Counted from the stretch's first letter, positions 27,294 through 36,440 are shown. The stretch: DNA of 64,000 nt from an uncultured Bacteroidia bacterium (GCA_938028625.1 CALIZB010000007.1:433-64432), one strand, 5' to 3'. The notes: generated by a model not told the origin, from the sequence alone. Numbers and translations: made by a program.

Positions 27294-28697
27294 TTATTTC
27301 ATAAGTTCAGCTAATTTCTCTTCCAGACGCTCTCCGCGAAGGTTTTTTGCAATAATTACTCCGTTTTTATCTATCAAAAAAGTCATAGGGATAGCCCGTA
27401 CATTAAATTGCTGTGCTACAGCACTATTTTGGTCTAATACTTGTAACCAAGTGATTTCATCTTCTTTAACAGCTTTCAACCAATCTTCACGTTTTTGGTC
27501 AATAGATACGCCAAGTACTTCAAAACCTTTGTTTTTATACTGTTGATATAAACGTTTTACATTAGGATTCTCTGCTCTACAAGGACTACACCAACTTGCC
27601 CAAAAATCTACAAGCACATATTTTCCTTTGAGTGATGAAAGTTTTATTTTTTGGTTCTGTGCATTAGGAAGTTCTATTTCAGGGATATTGGCGCCTACTT
27701 TAAAGTGCGATAATTTGGCTACACGCTCTTTTAAGGTGGTAATAAGTTTGGAACTGGGAAATTCTTTTTGGTAGACTTCTGCAAGATGGAAAAAAAGTTC
27801 TTCATTTATCGTTTCAGAAACTGCAATAGAAGGACGAAGAATAGCTTCTTTTACTTTGGGCGATGCGGCTTTTTTAAGAGCATTGTCTAAAGTTTGTTTG
27901 ATTTGCTCTGTATAAGTACCGTAGAGTTCTATAAAACCACGCATTTTGTAGCCAAATTCAGGAATATAAGCCACAGAGGGATTATCAAAAGGAATGTCAT
28001 CTAAAAAGTGGGCGGCATAAAAAGCAGAAGCATTTTTGTATTTCTGATGTTCAGGATTATTTTTGTCATAATTGGGATTTATGTATAGTTTGGCAACAAT
28101 ACTTGCTAATACTTCATTTTCTTTGGTAAATTCTTTTAATCTTGTTTCTCTCTCTTGGGAAAGTTGGTCTATACGTTTTTGTACGCTCATCTGAATTTCT
28201 TTTCGGCGTTCTTCGGTAATAGGCATACCTGTCATATCCATACCTTGTGCCGCCTGATTAACTTCTTGATAAAGAGGTTTAAGTTTGTTTTCGTATTCTA
28301 ATAAAATACTGTTTAGTTGTTTGTAGGCTTTGTTTTCTACGGACTCTGTAAATTCTATCGTATTTTTAATGTCTGATGCTGTAGCCGTAGCTTTAAATTT
28401 TTCTCCACCCAAAATAACCAGAGCTGCATTAGTTTTGGAAAGACCTATCAAGTAAAAGCCTTTTACAGGCACATTTCCTTGTAACACAAATTTACCTTCT
28501 TTAATTTCTGCACTCGCTATGGGGTCATTTTTATCTTCGGTAGGGTCATAGATATTGATTTTGGCATTAGGTTCTGCATTAGTTATTGTACCTTCAATAG
28601 AAAATTCATTTTTGGCTACTTTTTTACCGCAGGCAATCCATAAAAAAAAGAAACCTGAAACGAAAATGAAAAATAGTGCGTTTTTGTAAGTTTTCAT
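27294..28697 (-). CDS. TlpA-family thiol:disulfide oxidoreductase lipoprotein with DUF4369-like N-terminal domain
   Basis: Lipobox WIACGKK. YVLVDFWASWCSPCRAENP active site. Confidence 0.8.
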   Translation of the reverse strand: MKTYKNALFFIFVSGFFFLWIACGKKVAKNEFSIEGTITNAEPNAKINIYDPTEDKNDPIASAEIKEGKFVLQGNVPVKGFYLIGLSKTNAALVILGGEKFKATATASDIKNTIEFTESVENKAYKQLNSILLEYENKLKPLYQEVNQAAQGMDMTGMPITEERRKEIQMSVQKRIDQLSQERETRLKEFTKENEVLASIVAKLYINPNYDKNNPEHQKYKNASAFYAAHFLDDIPFDNPSVAYIPEFGYKMRGFIELYGTYTEQIKQTLDNALKKAASPKVKEAILRPSIAVSETINEELFFHLAEVYQKEFPSSKLITTLKERVAKLSHFKVGANIPEIELPNAQNQKIKLSSLKGKYVLVDFWASWCSPCRAENPNVKRLYQQYKNKGFEVLGVSIDQKREDWLKAVKEDEITWLQVLDQNSAVAQQFNVRAIPMTFLIDKNGVIIAKNLRGERLEEKLAELMK

Positions 28698-28705
28698 ACG
28701 TGTTG

Positions 28706-28713
28706 CAAAGCTA
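28706..28713 (-). promoter_or_regulatory. -7 box TAGCTTTG, 8 nt upstream of TlpA-like ATG
   Basis: Exact TAnnTTTG on the minus strand. Confidence 0.4.
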
Positions 28714-28760
28714 CAATTTTTTGAGAAATCTCCATAAAATAATATATTCGCAAAAAGTGC

Positions 28761-30152
28761 ATGAAAAAAGATGATTTGTATTTACTGACAGCAAAACTCT
28801 CCAAAGAAGAGAAAACATATATCAGTAAAAGACTCTCTGCATTTAAGGAAAATTCAGTACTTAAATCTTTGTTTGAAGAGATTTGTAATTTATATTCTTT
28901 ACCCAAACAGGAAACAGACAACCTCCTAGCAGAAAAATATGGGAAACATTATCGTACACGAAAAAAGCAACTGTATTACACCATTCTTAAAATCCTGAGA
29001 GATTATCATCATACGCTCATACATCAGATACATTTTTATATGTTGGACATTAACCTGCTTTTTGAAAAAGGTCTGTTTGAGCAAGCCCGAAAAATCCTCG
29101 CCAAAGCCAAAAAACTAGTGGAACATAACCAGGTTATTCCTTTATACATTGAACTTTTGTATATGGAACTTCGCATGAGTTACTACACGTATTATGATAA
29201 CCTTAATCCTGAAAAAATCAATCATATAAAACAAGAATTTTCTTATTATCATAATATACTCAAAGAAGATATAGAATGGACTTTGACTACCTCAGAAAAA
29301 CTCAGAGATTTTTTTGCGTTAGGAAATCCGCCTGAATATAAAGATTATGCTGCTATGCCTAATCCCAAAGGGCATATTTCTTTTGTACAAAAATATATTC
29401 TAGCGGGGCTGACCTACCGAAATTACTTGGATTTTGAAAACAGTTACCACTACCGTTATGAACTATGGAATTACTTCAAAAAATACCCTGAACTTACTGC
29501 TCTGTATCCTGAACTGTATCTTACAGCTGTCAATATGGCTATTATTGGTATGAATGATTTACAAAAATATGAACAAAGTTTAGCTATATTAGATGAATTA
29601 TCATTACAAGACATAAAAGCCAAAATTGCACAAATAGAGATTTTTAGAATACAAGCTACACACTATACACAAGTCTATAATTTTATACAAAACTATGAAA
29701 AAGCATATATTCAAACAGAAATTTATACAAAAAATTCTTTATACCATGAACTTCATCAAATAGATAAACAACTTCTGCATCTGCATTTTGCGGTATCTTG
29801 TATAGGTGTAAAAGACTATCATAAAGCGATTTATTATTGTTATCAGGCTTTGAATGCAGAGGGGAATGTAAACATCATGAGTTTATGTGTGTTTTTATTA
29901 TTTATTATACATCTTGCCAAAGGGGATAGAGAAGCTATCACTATTATTGCTCATAAATATAAAGATTTACCGTTTTATCAGCCTTTTTATTCTCGCTGTA
30001 TTAGCATATTGACTGATGACGGATTGAGTACTGCCCAGATACTTAAAAATATACTCATTGAATACAAAAACCAAGATTTTAAGTCCCGTTTTTTATGGGA
30101 AAGGTATCTGAACATAGAACAACTTGTGAAAAGCGTTTTTATCTTTGAATAA
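28761..30152 (+). CDS. Hypothetical cytoplasmic all-helical (TPR-like) protein, 463 aa
   Basis: Long ORF, no signal peptide, helical-repeat composition (FEKGLFEQARKILAKAKKL, YHKAIYYCYQALNAEGN). A relic of a paralogue lies at 31840..31941. Confidence 0.5.
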   Translation: MKKDDLYLLTAKLSKEEKTYISKRLSAFKENSVLKSLFEEICNLYSLPKQETDNLLAEKYGKHYRTRKKQLYYTILKILRDYHHTLIHQIHFYMLDINLLFEKGLFEQARKILAKAKKLVEHNQVIPLYIELLYMELRMSYYTYYDNLNPEKINHIKQEFSYYHNILKEDIEWTLTTSEKLRDFFALGNPPEYKDYAAMPNPKGHISFVQKYILAGLTYRNYLDFENSYHYRYELWNYFKKYPELTALYPELYLTAVNMAIIGMNDLQKYEQSLAILDELSLQDIKAKIAQIEIFRIQATHYTQVYNFIQNYEKAYIQTEIYTKNSLYHELHQIDKQLLHLHFAVSCIGVKDYHKAIYYCYQALNAEGNVNIMSLCVFLLFIIHLAKGDREAITIIAHKYKDLPFYQPFYSRCISILTDDGLSTAQILKNILIEYKNQDFKSRFLWERYLNIEQLVKSVFIFE

Positions 30153-30344
30153 AAACAAATTTTGTCATAATAGAATATAAAATACGTATCAGTACGGATA
30201 TTTTTCAAAACCTTAAAAATGTACTTTTGTAACCTATGAAAAATATGTTTAGTTGCTCATGGTTGTATATGTTTTTATGATTTAGATGAGGGAGGAAAGT
30301 TTTTGTAAAAATACTATATTTATCGTTATCCAAATTGTTTTTTA

Positions 30345-30510
30345 TATTTATACTTGGGGGACTCAATCGCCGCCCCCAACACCCTAATATACTCAAAAAA
30401 ATTGAATAACTTATTTATTCAATTTTTTCACTTTTAATTTTTGAATAATTTATTTTATTTTTGATTCAAATATAGTAAATTTATCTATGTAACAATCAGC
30501 AATAAAACAT
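30345..30510 (+). repeat. Intergenic repeat R, copy 1 (direct repeat of 31677..31840)
   Basis: By-eye alignment is identical at roughly nine in ten positions with small indels. Contains GC hairpin TTGGGGG-N12-CCCCCAA, AT hairpin AAAAATTGAATAA-loop-TTATTCAATTTTT, further TTGAATAA/ATTCAA motifs and an internal TATTTTTG box. Confidence 0.8.
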
Positions 30511-30621
30511 CGTATTGTGGCATAATGTTGTATTATTCAAAATAATTTTGTAATATCGCGGCAAAAGAAATGTTGGCAACAATAGTAAAAAAGACACAAC
30601 AACAGATTATTCTTTAAAAAT

Positions 30622-31470
30622 ATGATAAAACAGATTTACAGATTCTTGAGTCCAAAATTTCAAAATTTATTTCTTGAGTATAAAGTGGACTTCAAACCAC
30701 GATACGGACATGGAAAGCCACCGCATCAAGATTTATACAAGATTATTGACTCAAATCGAGATAACTATAAAGTTTTGATTGGAAAAGCCTTATCGTTAAA
30801 GGATAAGCTATGGTCAATTCAAGATTCTAAAAAAGAGACAGATCCAACCAAACCATCATGGAATAATGGATTCTTGCCAGGACTTGATATTATTGGAATT
30901 TATACATTGATTTCAGAGTTTAAACCGAAAAAATACATTGAGATAGGTTCAGGTAACTCTACAAAAGTAGCATTTAAAGCAAAAAATGAGCAAAATATAG
31001 ATACAAAAATTATCTCAATTGACCCTATGCCTCGTGCAGAAATTGACAATTTGGCTGATAAGGTGATAAGAGAACCTTTTGAGAACATTGACTTTAACAT
31101 TATAGATGAGTTAAATGAAAATGACATTCTGTTTGTAGATAATTCTCATAGGATTTTGCCTAATTCTGATTCAATGGTCTTTTATCTGGAAATTCTACCA
31201 AAGTTAAAAAAAGGAGTGATTGTTCATATTCACGATATTTATTTGCCCTATGATTATCCTCAATTTATGTGCGATAGATTTTATTCTGAGCAATATGGAT
31301 TAGCAATGTACCTATTAGCAAATCCTGAAAAATTTTACACGATTTTACCAAACTATTTTATTTCTGAAGACAAAGAACTTTCTGATTTGATTTCCCCAAT
31401 TTGGAATCATGATAATTTAAAGGGAGTTGAAAAACATGGAGGTTCATATTGGATAAGGATTAATAAATGA
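30622..31470 (+). CDS. Class I SAM-dependent methyltransferase-like protein (CmcI/Methyltransf_24-like)
   Basis: YIEIGSGNSTKVAF...IISIDP...DILFVDNSHR...GVIVHIHDI layout. A TAATTTTG box at 30543..30550 lies upstream. Confidence 0.6.
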   Translation: MIKQIYRFLSPKFQNLFLEYKVDFKPRYGHGKPPHQDLYKIIDSNRDNYKVLIGKALSLKDKLWSIQDSKKETDPTKPSWNNGFLPGLDIIGIYTLISEFKPKKYIEIGSGNSTKVAFKAKNEQNIDTKIISIDPMPRAEIDNLADKVIREPFENIDFNIIDELNENDILFVDNSHRILPNSDSMVFYLEILPKLKKGVIVHIHDIYLPYDYPQFMCDRFYSEQYGLAMYLLANPEKFYTILPNYFISEDKELSDLISPIWNHDNLKGVEKHGGSYWIRINK

Positions 31471-31676
31471 CAAAACTACGCCAACACATGGTATAGTGCA
31501 TGCGGTTTTCAGCGGTTTACGAGGGTTCGTAACTCGTAAAATGCATAGTATTGAGATTAAGATTATATTTTTTTGCGAGTTATTTTAATGTATCTGAGGC
31601 ATAATCTATTTCTTAGGTCATTTTAGGTGCTCATTTTGCATTTTTATGAATAGTTGGCATATAAAATAATTTTTGA

Positions 31677-31840
31677 TATTTATTTGGGGCTCAATCGCCG
31701 CCCCCAAGCCCCTACTATACTCAAAAAAAATTGAATAAACAAGTTATTCAATTTTTTTAATTTTTAATTTTTGAATAATTTATTTTATTTTTGCTTCAAA
31801 TATAGTAAATTTATCTATATAACAATCAGTAATAAAACAT
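31677..31840 (+). repeat. Intergenic repeat R, copy 2
   Basis: See copy 1. Both hairpin stems are conserved while the loops differ (CTTAT vs ACAAG). Both copies end at the same base after AATAAAACAT. Confidence 0.8.
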
Positions 31841-31941
31841 GTATAGATACAAAAGATTATCCCAAGGCAATTTACTATTGTTATCAGGCTTTGAATGCAG
31901 AGAGGAACGTAAACATCATGAGTTTATGTGTGTTTTTATAA
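31840..31941 (+). pseudogene. 33-codon relic of a paralogue of gene 28761..30152
   Basis: Translates in frame to CIDTKDYPKAIYYCYQALNAERNVNIMSLCVFL*, versus CIGVKDYHKAIYYCYQALNAEGNVNIMSLCVFL at 29799.. in the intact gene. No 5' part is present, and it starts exactly at the end of repeat R copy 2. Confidence 0.6.
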
Positions 31942-32073
31942 GGCAGAAATATAGATGCTTCATAAATTTATGGCAAAAAGAAATTTCTACCATACAAAGG
32001 TACAGAAGCAAATTTTAATTTTCAACCTAAAAAATACGTATATGTACGTATAAAATAGCGGCACACAAAAGCA

Positions 32074-32081
32074 TATCTTTG
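32074..32081 (+). promoter_or_regulatory. -7 box TATCTTTG, 6 nt upstream of ATG 32088
   Basis: Exact TAnnTTTG match. The TTG start at 32079 in the ORF track lies inside this box, so ATG 32088 is preferred. Confidence 0.45.
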
Positions 32082-32087
32082 CAAAAT

Positions 32088-35000
32088 ATGCAAAAAACAG
32101 TTTTTTTAACATTTTTGGCTTTCTTAATTAGTTTTAAGCCAATTTTATCACAAAGCTATAAACAAATTTATGACAAAATCAGAGATTGTGCAGGTAAAGG
32201 TGATAGCCAATGTGTATCCGAATGGATAGACAAAGGCATAGAAAAAAGTAAAAATGACTATCAAAAAAACACCGATGAATACTACGGTTTAGTGTGTGAA
32301 AAAATCGCTATTTTCCTAGGTGCAAGAGCAAAAATAAATCCTAAAGCCTATGAATATCAAGCCATGTACCTTGAAGAGGCTCTACGAGTATTTAAAGCAA
32401 ACCTGAGAAATTATCAGAACAATTATATCATGACAGGCTATGATTTAGGAGTTTTATACCGTAAAATCAGTCAATATGCTAATGCTGTCGCTGTTTTGGA
32501 AGAGGTGCTTCCCGTTGTTGAAAAATCACAAGGTAAAAACAGTGAGAATTACATTAATTTCAAATATGAACTCGGTATGAGCTACCGTCTGAAAGGTGAC
32601 TACAAGAAAGCTAAAATCTGTATTGACGAAGTATTCCCTTATACAGAAAAAAATCATGCACGGGATATAGAAATGGTCAATGTATTACAGGAAAGAGGTG
32701 CGTATTATGCTACAATAGGGATATATGACCTCGCAGAACAGGATTATAGAAAAGCCATTGAAATTATAAACAATGAACCCAAATTAGTTTCGTATAAAAA
32801 TACTCGTATGCTTGATGCAATAGGTGAATTAGGAAAACTCTACGTAGAAATGGGTAAATACACACAGGCGGAGGACTTAATGCTCTATGAATTAGAACGG
32901 AGATCTCTTCCCAAAGACCCCACAGCCACAGAAAGAAAAGATTATGCCCAGTTGCTTAACAGTATTGCTACTTTATATGTAAAAATGGGTAGATATGAAA
33001 ATGCACTTAAATTAGCTACAATAGGACTTAAAGAAATAGAAAAAGCATACGGAAAAAATCATACAGATTATTACATCAATCTTGAAACATTAGCACAAGT
33101 TTATCTCATGCTGGGCGTATACGACAAAGCAGTTGAGAATTTTACAGAATCCAAAAATGGATTAAAAAATCTGTTGGGAGAAACACATCCTTATTATGGA
33201 CTTTTAGCGAATAATCTTGCTGAGTGCTATCGCAGAATGGGTAAAAATTTAGAAGCTAAACAAAACTTTGAAATTGCAAAAACTGTATTTGAACAAAACA
33301 AACTTACAGAAACTGCTTATTATGCACTGATAGTGAATAATATCGCTGTAACGGAGATAGAACTTAAAAATTACATTCAGGCAGAAAAAATGCTCACACA
33401 AGCTCTTCAACTGATGGAAAAATCCATAGGTAAAAATCACCCTGATTATCAAATAGTACTCTCTAATCTTTCTGTTTTATGCAGTATGAACGGAAAAACA
33501 GATAAAGCCAAAGAATACGCTCTACAAAGTAAAAATCACTACATAAATCAAGTTCAGAGTATATTCCCTACCATGACCGAAAAAGAAAAATTAGAATTTA
33601 TCAGCGTGGCGGATGTAATATTCAATAATTTTAATGTAATTGCTACAAAAAATGCTTCTATATACCCTGAAATGACAGGTGAAATGTACAACAACATACT
33701 TGCCCTTAAAGGAATAGCCACCAATAGCACCGTAAAAACACGACAGAGAATACTCAACAGCGGTGATACTAAACTGATTAACCTCTACAACCAGTGGCAA
33801 AAAACTAATCAGATGATTGCCAAAGGTGTTTTAATGACTGAAAAAGAACAAGAAAGTGCAGGTATCAATTTAGACTCACTCAATATCGCCGCACAAAACT
33901 TATCCCGTGATATTGCTTACCTCAGCAGGGATATTGTAAAAGAAACAGAAGTGACTCCCAAGTGGCAGGATATTCAGAAAAAACTGACAGACAGTGAAGC
34001 CGCCATTGAGGTCAGAAAAATTGTTAATCCCATAGAAAAAAGCACAGATAGTATTCAGTATGCTGTACTTATTATTACTCCCAAAAGCACACAGCCCGTA
34101 TTAGTACTGTTAAAAAATGGTTCTGCCTTAGAAAATGAGCATTATGGTACGTATTCCCGAAATGTTCGCAACAAACTATTAGACGAAGACAGTTACAACA
34201 ATTACTGGAAACCTATAGCAGAAAAACTTACAGGCATAAAACGAGTATATTTCTCCCCTGACGGAGTATTCAATAAAATCAGTTTGCTGGGACTGTATAA
34301 TCCTGCAAGCAAGCGCTATCTTATAGAAGAAACAGAAATTGTACTTATGAACAACACGCGCGAACTGCTTAACCAAAAACCCAATAAAACTATTCAGTGG
34401 GCAAATACTAATGCGGTACTCGTCTATAATCCTGTTTTTAATACCAACCTCAACCCTGATACCAAAAACAAAGAACGGGGTAATCTAGAAGATTTAGCAG
34501 GAGAGAAAAACTTACAAGAAATAACCCGTTTTGGAGCTAAACTTACAGGGCTACCAGGTACCAAAGAAGAAGGTGAAAAGATAAAACAGGTACTACAATC
34601 TAAAAATGTAAATGTTCAAGTTTACGAAGCAGAAAAAGCCACAGAAGAAAATATCAAATCACAAAATTCGCCTAGTATCTTGCATATTGCTACACATGGC
34701 TTTTTTATGCCTGCTCAAAAAACATTGAAGTTAACCAATAGAGTAGATGCAGATGTTACTTACAATCCTATGTTACGTTCAGGATTGTATTTTGCAGGAG
34801 CAACCCACCCTGAAGCAGGTAAAAACAACAAAGACAACGGAGTACTTACCGCTTTTGAAATTCAGAACATGAACCTTGACAATACAGAACTGGTTGTTTT
34901 AAGTGCCTGTGAAACAGGATTGGGAGAAACCTCCACGTCAGGCGGTTTTACAAATTTAATGACAGACGGTGAAGGTGTTTTTGGGTTACAACGAGCATTC

Positions 35001-35207
35001 CGAATAGCGGGAGCAAAGTCTCTGATAATGAGTTTGTGGAAAGTAAGCGACCAAGCAACCAATTTGCTCATGCAGACTTTTTATATAGAATTAGTCAAAA
35101 CAGGAAATATAAAAAGTTCTTTTTTGACAGCACAAAATACCCTTCGTAAAAACCCAGAGTTTTCGCACCCCTATTTTTGGGCGGCTTTTGTACTGACAGG
35201 AGAGTAA
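32088..35207 (+). CDS. Exported TPR-repeat protein with C-terminal CHAT (caspase-like) protease domain
   Basis: Signal peptide MQKTVFLTFLAFLISFKPILSQ and about 10 TPR_12-like repeats. CHAT dyad ILHIATHGFF (His codon 34695) and LVVLSACETGLGE (Cys codon 34908). Confidence 0.85.
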   Translation: MQKTVFLTFLAFLISFKPILSQSYKQIYDKIRDCAGKGDSQCVSEWIDKGIEKSKNDYQKNTDEYYGLVCEKIAIFLGARAKINPKAYEYQAMYLEEALRVFKANLRNYQNNYIMTGYDLGVLYRKISQYANAVAVLEEVLPVVEKSQGKNSENYINFKYELGMSYRLKGDYKKAKICIDEVFPYTEKNHARDIEMVNVLQERGAYYATIGIYDLAEQDYRKAIEIINNEPKLVSYKNTRMLDAIGELGKLYVEMGKYTQAEDLMLYELERRSLPKDPTATERKDYAQLLNSIATLYVKMGRYENALKLATIGLKEIEKAYGKNHTDYYINLETLAQVYLMLGVYDKAVENFTESKNGLKNLLGETHPYYGLLANNLAECYRRMGKNLEAKQNFEIAKTVFEQNKLTETAYYALIVNNIAVTEIELKNYIQAEKMLTQALQLMEKSIGKNHPDYQIVLSNLSVLCSMNGKTDKAKEYALQSKNHYINQVQSIFPTMTEKEKLEFISVADVIFNNFNVIATKNASIYPEMTGEMYNNILALKGIATNSTVKTRQRILNSGDTKLINLYNQWQKTNQMIAKGVLMTEKEQESAGINLDSLNIAAQNLSRDIAYLSRDIVKETEVTPKWQDIQKKLTDSEAAIEVRKIVNPIEKSTDSIQYAVLIITPKSTQPVLVLLKNGSALENEHYGTYSRNVRNKLLDEDSYNNYWKPIAEKLTGIKRVYFSPDGVFNKISLLGLYNPASKRYLIEETEIVLMNNTRELLNQKPNKTIQWANTNAVLVYNPVFNTNLNPDTKNKERGNLEDLAGEKNLQEITRFGAKLTGLPGTKEEGEKIKQVLQSKNVNVQVYEAEKATEENIKSQNSPSILHIATHGFFMPAQKTLKLTNRVDADVTYNPMLRSGLYFAGATHPEAGKNNKDNGVLTAFEIQNMNLDNTELVVLSACETGLGETSTSGGFTNLMTDGEGVFGLQRAFRIAGAKSLIMSLWKVSDQATNLLMQTFYIELVKTGNIKSSFLTAQNTLRKNPEFSHPYFWAAFVLTGE

Positions 35208-35219
35208 ATATAGTGAAAA

Positions 35220-35253
35220 AAGGTCATTGGAATACACACCACCCAATGGCCTT
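35220..35253. terminator. Hairpin terminator between convergent CHAT and STAS genes
   Basis: 11-bp stem AAGGTCATTGG/CCAATGGCCTT (one G-U). An A-run upstream gives a T-run on the minus strand. Confidence 0.5.
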
Positions 35254-35291
35254 CTTAATGTTGTATAATGCTATAAAACTTTTCTCAAACG

Positions 35292-35843
35292 TTATTTTCT
35301 GCGTTTTTTTGAGTTTTTTTCCTCTTCAAAATCATCATCCTCTTCAAAATCATCATCTTCTTCAAAATCGTCATCATCATCATCATTATATTTTTTATTC
35401 TTTTTGCTGACGGTAGTTTCTTCTTCTTCGTCAACAGGAAAGTCTTCTTCAGATGATTTTAGTCTTTGCTTGTCCTGAATAGAAATTTCATTTTCAATTT
35501 CATATAAAAATACGCATTCTATGGCTTCGTCAAGAGTGGGCAGAATGTCAAGATTTTTATCCAAATGGGCTATTTTAAGCACCTTCATCACAGAATCTTT
35601 GACCCCGCACAAAACCATTATACCGCCCATGTTTTTGCAGGTACGTTGTCCCAACAAAACAGCACTTAAACCTGAACTGTCTACAAAAGATACTTTGGAC
35701 AAATCCAGAATAATGTTTCTTATTCCGCGATTAGACATGACAGTGAACTCACTTTTCAAATCAGGAGCAATGCGGGCATCTAATTTATTTTCTTCAAGAC
35801 TAATCGCCCAGAATTTATCACTTTTATCTACCGAAAACTTCAT
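35292..35843 (-). CDS. STAS-domain protein (anti-sigma-factor-antagonist fold) with poly-acidic repeat tail
   Basis: IILDLSKVSFVDSSGLSAVLLG core. Tail ...YNDDDDDDFEEDDDFEEDDDFEEEKNSKKRRK. ATG 35843 chosen because the TATTTTTG box at 35864..35871 lies downstream of the TTG start at 35876. Confidence 0.75.
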   Translation of the reverse strand: MKFSVDKSDKFWAISLEENKLDARIAPDLKSEFTVMSNRGIRNIILDLSKVSFVDSSGLSAVLLGQRTCKNMGGIMVLCGVKDSVMKVLKIAHLDKNLDILPTLDEAIECVFLYEIENEISIQDKQRLKSSEEDFPVDEEEETTVSKKNKKYNDDDDDDFEEDDDFEEDDDFEEEKNSKKRRK

Positions 35844-35951
35844 GCGTGGTATGTATATGTGTGCAAAAATAGACAAAAAAAGGAATTATACAAGCAAAAA
35901 AAACGCTGATTTATTTTATTTTTTTATGTTTAATTACTGATTATCAAGGCT

Positions 35952-36440
35952 TTATTTTTTATTATTCTTGCCAAATTTGTTTTCTGCCAGTTTGAGTATA
36001 AAATCTTCCAACTCTGCAAAGGCTTCAGGGCGGTACTTGCTGTCCAGAGCACTTTTGTAAACTACTTTTTTGTTTTCATTGTTGTTCTGCGCCTCAATTG
36101 TGTAGGAATAATATCTGTCTTCGTCTTTTACTTCACCATATTCTGATTTATCCAAAGCCATAAACTTACTAATAAGTCCGACAAGGGTATTAAACTCTGC
36201 CTTGGTCAGTTTTGCCTTTTTGGTAACCAAACAACTAGCGTCCCACTGCGGAGTTTGTGCCATAGAGTTAGGATTTCTTTTGCTCATTTTTGCCTCATCT
36301 ATGGTTGTATAGGTAATATTCATGTCGTGTATTTTTACATCTTTGTAAGCATATTCTGCACTGAAAAAATAAGATATTTGTTGTGAAAAACCGATATTAG
36401 CCATAATAAAATAAAATAAAAAGAAAAATATACATTTCAT
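35952..36440 (-). CDS. Hypothetical secreted protein
   Basis: Signal-like N-terminus MKCIFFFLFYFIMANIGFSQ. No family recognised. Confidence 0.45.
   Translation of the reverse strand: MKCIFFFLFYFIMANIGFSQQISYFFSAEYAYKDVKIHDMNITYTTIDEAKMSKRNPNSMAQTPQWDASCLVTKKAKLTKAEFNTLVGLISKFMALDKSEYGEVKDEDRYYSYTIEAQNNNENKKVVYKSALDSKYRPEAFAELEDFILKLAENKFGKNNKK

Noticed and set aside
30205-30396. 63-aa minus-strand ORF
   Set aside because: It runs through repeat R copy 1, including its GC hairpin. No equivalent frame is kept in copy 2.
30345-31840. Repeat R copies as integron attC sites flanking a gene cassette
   Set aside because: There are no RYYYAAC/GTTRRRY core sites and no integron integrase nearby. 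At ~165 bp with an internal promoter box, the repeats do not fit attC architecture.
32088-35207. TPR-CHAT gene as a cytoplasmic anti-phage effector (Craspase-like)
   Set aside because: It has a clear N-terminal signal peptide, and there is no CRISPR, cas, cyclase or NTPase partner in the window. It is kept as a finding only as an exported protease of unknown role.
35177-35410. 77-aa plus-strand ORF with PLQNHH repeats and a His run
   Set aside because: It is the antisense reading of the acidic DDDFEE repeat tail of the STAS gene. The minus-strand gene has a recognisable domain.
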